Assembly: GCA_037190985.1 (NCBI GenBank)
Contig: JBBCKE010000022.1
Coordinates: 8,405 to 72,404 of the forward strand
DNA: 64,000 bases
Direction of reading: 5' to 3'
Source: Alphaproteobacteria bacterium
Lineage (GTDB): Bacteria; Pseudomonadota; Alphaproteobacteria; Rhizobiales; Rhizobiaceae
A model generated the notes under the pieces. The model worked only from the letters and a program-made list of their open reading frames with translations. It was not told where the DNA came from and ran no database searches. Positions within the stretch are counted from its first letter, which is position 1. The number at the start of each line of letters is the position of its first letter. Made by a program: the position numbers and the translations under genes. This document shows positions 60,881-64,000 of this stretch, piece after piece.

Positions 60881-62290
60881 ATGACCACACCGCGCACCCT
60901 CTACGACAAGATTTTCGACGACCACGTCGTCGACCGGCAGGAAGACGGCACCTGCCTGCTCTACATCGACCGCCACCTCGTCCACGAAGTGACCAGCCCG
61001 CAGGCCTTCGAGGGGCTGCGCATGGCCGGCCGCAAGGTGCGCCAGCCGGAAAAGACGCTCGCCGTGGTCGACCACAACGTGCCGACGTCGCCCGACCGCA
61101 AGTTCGGCATCAAGAACGAGGAAAGCCGCATCCAGGTCGAGGCGCTGGCGAAGAACGCCGCCGATTTCGGCATCGAATATTATGACGAGGTCGACCGCCG
61201 GCAGGGCATCGTCCACATCGTCGGCCCGGAGCAGGGCTTCACGCTGCCCGGCATGACCATCGTCTGCGGCGACAGCCACACCTCGACCCACGGCGCGTTC
61301 GGCGCGCTCGCCCACGGCATCGGCACCTCCGAGGTCGAGCATGTGCTCGCCACCCAGACGCTGATCCAGAAGAAGGCGAAGAACATGCTGGTGCGCGTCG
61401 ACGGGCAACTGCCCGAGGGCGTCACCGCCAAGGACATCATCCTCGCCATCATCGGCGAGATCGGCACCGCCGGCGGCACCGGCTACGTCATCGAATATGC
61501 CGGCGAGGCGATCCGCGCGCTGTCGATGGAAGGCCGCATGACCATCTGCAACATGTCGATCGAGGGCGGCGCCCGCGCCGGCCTGATCGCGCCCGACGAG
61601 ACGACCTTCGCCTATGTCCGGGACAAGCCCCGCGCGCCGACCGGCGAGGCGTGGGAACGCGCCGTCGACTACTGGAAGACGCTGCGCTCGGACGAGGGCG
61701 CGCATTTCGACAAGGTCGTGGTGCTCGACGCCGCCAAGCTGCCGCCCATCGTCACCTGGGGCTCCTCGCCCGAGGACGTCGCCGCCGTCACCGGCACGGT
61801 GCCGAACCCGGACGAGATCGAGGACGAGAACAAGCGCAACTCCAAGAAGCGCGCGCTCGACTATATGGGCCTGACCCCCGGCACGAAGATGACCGACATC
61901 GCCGTCGACCGCGTCTTCATCGGCTCCTGCACCAATGGCCGCATCGAGGACCTGCGCGCCGCCGCCAAGGTCATCGAGGGCCGCAAGGTCGCCCCGACCG
62001 TCAACGCCATGGTGGTGCCGGGCTCGGGGCTTGTGAAGGAGCAGGCCGAGGCCGAGGGGCTGGACCGGATCTTCATCGAGGCCGGCTTCGACTGGCGCGA
62101 GCCGGGCTGCTCGATGTGCCTCGCCATGAACGACGACCGGCTCAACCCCTACGAGCGCTGCGCCTCGACCTCGAACCGCAATTTCGAGGGCCGGCAGGGC
62201 TTCAAGGGCCGCACCCATCTCGTCTCGCCGGCCATGGCCGCCGCCGCGGCGATTGCCGGCCACTTCGTCGACATCCGCGACTGGCACTGA
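60881..62290 (+). CDS. leuC: 3-isopropylmalate dehydratase large subunit
   Basis: [50 protein letters not shown]. Confidence 0.97.
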   Translation: MTTPRTLYDKIFDDHVVDRQEDGTCLLYIDRHLVHEVTSPQAFEGLRMAGRKVRQPEKTLAVVDHNVPTSPDRKFGIKNEESRIQVEALAKNAADFGIEYYDEVDRRQGIVHIVGPEQGFTLPGMTIVCGDSHTSTHGAFGALAHGIGTSEVEHVLATQTLIQKKAKNMLVRVDGQLPEGVTAKDIILAIIGEIGTAGGTGYVIEYAGEAIRALSMEGRMTICNMSIEGGARAGLIAPDETTFAYVRDKPRAPTGEAWERAVDYWKTLRSDEGAHFDKVVVLDAAKLPPIVTWGSSPEDVAAVTGTVPNPDEIEDENKRNSKKRALDYMGLTPGTKMTDIAVDRVFIGSCTNGRIEDLRAAAKVIEGRKVAPTVNAMVVPGSGLVKEQAEAEGLDRIFIEAGFDWREPGCSMCLAMNDDRLNPYERCASTSNRNFEGRQGFKGRTHLVSPAMAAAAAIAGHFVDIRDWH

Positions 62291-62337
62291 GGGGCACGGG
62301 GTGGGCGACCGCCTCTCCCACCCCGCAGGGAACGGCG

Positions 62338-62376
62338 ACCGGGCCGCGTCGAGTGACGCGGCCCGGTTTGCTTTTG
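62338..62376 (+). terminator. Intrinsic terminator after leuC
   Basis: 13-bp stem accgggccgcgtc-gagt-gacgcggcccggt followed by ttgctttt. Confidence 0.7.
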
Positions 62377-62519
62377 CGGCGCGCGCAAACCGCGTTCCCT
62401 GAAGAAAAGGCCGGATGGCGATGCGCGGTTGCGTCCGGCGGCTTCGACACCTACGCGTTGCGTTAACCGGATTTTCGCCCCTCTGCTTCATCATGCCGCG
62501 TACGGTTGGGTTACAGGAC

Positions 62520-63731
62520 ATGAGTGGCGCAGGTTTCATCCTGATCATCAATCTCGCGGTCGCGGGTCTCTTCTGCGTCAGCTTCCTGCTGATCGCCGCC
62601 TATGACCGCCGCTACCGCTCGGCGCGCTGGTTCGCCGGCGCCTATGTCTTCGGCATGGTCTATATCGTGCTCGAGTTCCTCCTCCCCGTCTTCGCCAATG
62701 TCAGCCTCGGGGTCTTCCTCGGGCACCAGGCGTTCCTCGTCTCGCTCCTGCTGCTCAATATCGGCCTCGCCCACCGCTATGAGACCGCGCCGCCCCGCCT
62801 GATCCTGGGCGCGGCCGTGGCGGCCTCGGTCGTGGCCGCCATGCTGATCCCCGACCTGCCGCGCGGCGGGTTCCCGCGCAACTTCCTTTATCAGGGACCG
62901 TATTTCCTGATGCAGGCGATCGGCCTCTACATCGTGCTGCACGCCTCGGCGACCCGGCCGGCCGGCCGGCGCGGGATCGACACGCTGCTGGCCGCCTTCC
63001 TCGGCTTCAGCGCCCTGCATTTCCTGTCGAAGCCGTTTCTCGCCATCCTGCTCGGCGGCAACGGCGCTACGCCGCAGGATTATCTGTCGACCACCTACGC
63101 CATGGCCTCGCAGGCCATGGGCGCGGTCTTCCTCGTCGCCACGGCGCTCATCCTGCTCGCCGGGCTCATCCTCGACATGGTCAGGGACATCACCGCCCGC
63201 TCGGAGACCGATTCGCTGTCGGGCCTCCTGAACCGCCGCGGCTTCGAGGAGCGGCTCGCCGACATCGTCGACCGCCTGCCGGTCGACGGCACGCCCGTTT
63301 CGCTCGTCATCTGCGATCTCGATCATTTCAAGAAGGTCAACGACACCTGGGGCCATGCCGCGGGCGACAGGGTGATCGCCGCCTTCGCCGCCACGCTGCG
63401 GGAGGGCGCGGCCGGCCACCATGTCCTCGGCCGCATCGGCGGCGAGGAGTTCGCCGTCCTCCTGCCCGACTGCAACCTTGCCGCCGGCCGCCTGTTCGCA
63501 GAAAGCGCGCGCACCGCCTTTTCCAGCCGCGGCATCGACGGCTTCCCGGCGGACTGGCGCTTCACCGCCAGCTTCGGCGTCGCCGAGATCGCGCCGGCGG
63601 AAAGCGCGGCCGCGCTGCAGTCGCGGGCCGACGCCGCGCTCTACGCGGCCAAGCATGCCGGGCGCGACCGCGTGCGGCTCAGCCTCGCCTATGGCAGGGG
63701 CGGCGACAACGCCCTGGCGGCCTCGGCCTGA
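62520..63731 (+). CDS. Membrane-bound diguanylate cyclase
   Basis: TM N-terminus; DSLSGLLNRRGF, DLDHFKKVND, RIGGEEF; ATG at 62520 with AGGA SD. Confidence 0.9.
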   Translation: MSGAGFILIINLAVAGLFCVSFLLIAAYDRRYRSARWFAGAYVFGMVYIVLEFLLPVFANVSLGVFLGHQAFLVSLLLLNIGLAHRYETAPPRLILGAAVAASVVAAMLIPDLPRGGFPRNFLYQGPYFLMQAIGLYIVLHASATRPAGRRGIDTLLAAFLGFSALHFLSKPFLAILLGGNGATPQDYLSTTYAMASQAMGAVFLVATALILLAGLILDMVRDITARSETDSLSGLLNRRGFEERLADIVDRLPVDGTPVSLVICDLDHFKKVNDTWGHAAGDRVIAAFAATLREGAAGHHVLGRIGGEEFAVLLPDCNLAAGRLFAESARTAFSSRGIDGFPADWRFTASFGVAEIAPAESAAALQSRADAALYAAKHAGRDRVRLSLAYGRGGDNALAASA

Positions 63732-63752
63732 CGGAGAGACCGGAAGAGAGGA

Positions 63753-64000
63753 TCAGCGGCAGACCATTGGCGCCTGCGGCACCTCGCCCTTGTCCAGCCC
63801 GTACATGTGGCTGCGCCCGTGCCAGACATGCGGCGGGCGCCAGCAGCGGCGCGCCTCGCGCGGCGCCTCCCGAACGGCGATCTCCGGCTCGTAATAGGAG
63901 CCGGTGAGCTGGTAGGCCTGCGCCGCCTCGCCCATGCCGACGATGATGCGCTTGTAGCCGGCATGGCTGTAGATCACCAGATTGCCGAAGCTGTCGGCAT
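63753..64000 (-). CDS. Hypothetical protein (3' part; start lies beyond the window)
   Basis: Open frame ...ADSFGNLVIYSHAGYKRIIVGMG...GRSHMYGL...CR* with coding-like GC3 bias. Confidence 0.6.
   Translation of the reverse strand, partial: ADSFGNLVIYSHAGYKRIIVGMGEAAQAYQLTGSYYEPEIAVREAPREARRCWRPPHVWHGRSHMYGLDKGEVPQAPMVCR

Noticed and set aside
62461-62476. CtrA box before the second GGDEF gene (also isolated TTAA at about 3237, 7904 and 56644)
   Set aside because: Only half-sites, with no matching second TTAA at N7 spacing.

Overview
High-GC (roughly 70% by eye) chromosomal segment of an alphaproteobacterium; gene content and intergenic palindromic repeats point to Hyphomicrobiales (Rhizobiales), probably Phyllobacteriaceae-like. 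I see no rRNA, tRNA, CRISPR array, transposase or phage genes. Left to right: pdxY (partial), lemA plus two TPM genes, GNAT, ppa, an SSS-fused sensor kinase module, an SqrR/BigR-type sulfide locus (RND/MFP/DUF2892/MFS | trxC, Tat-signal SQR, small membrane protein), a 5-oxoprolinase/TRAP locus, M29 aminopeptidase, TetR-RND efflux, pseudoazurin-moeA-DUF2478 with a Crp/Fnr regulator and a perfect FNR box, a chemotaxis cluster lacking cheA and cheY, fused IOR with Lrp, GGDEF, a cnoX operon, leuD-leuB, asd, xerC, rimM-trmD-rplS, leuC and a second GGDEF. The most interesting signals fall below the ORF-track cut-off: a 43-codon Thr/Lys-rich uORF ahead of asd with an SD-sequestering hairpin, a probably leaderless 38-codon uORF with CTT Leu codons ahead of leuC, and structured leaders before rplS and a glyoxalase-superfamily gene. 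All family calls come from motif recognition by eye; no searches were run.
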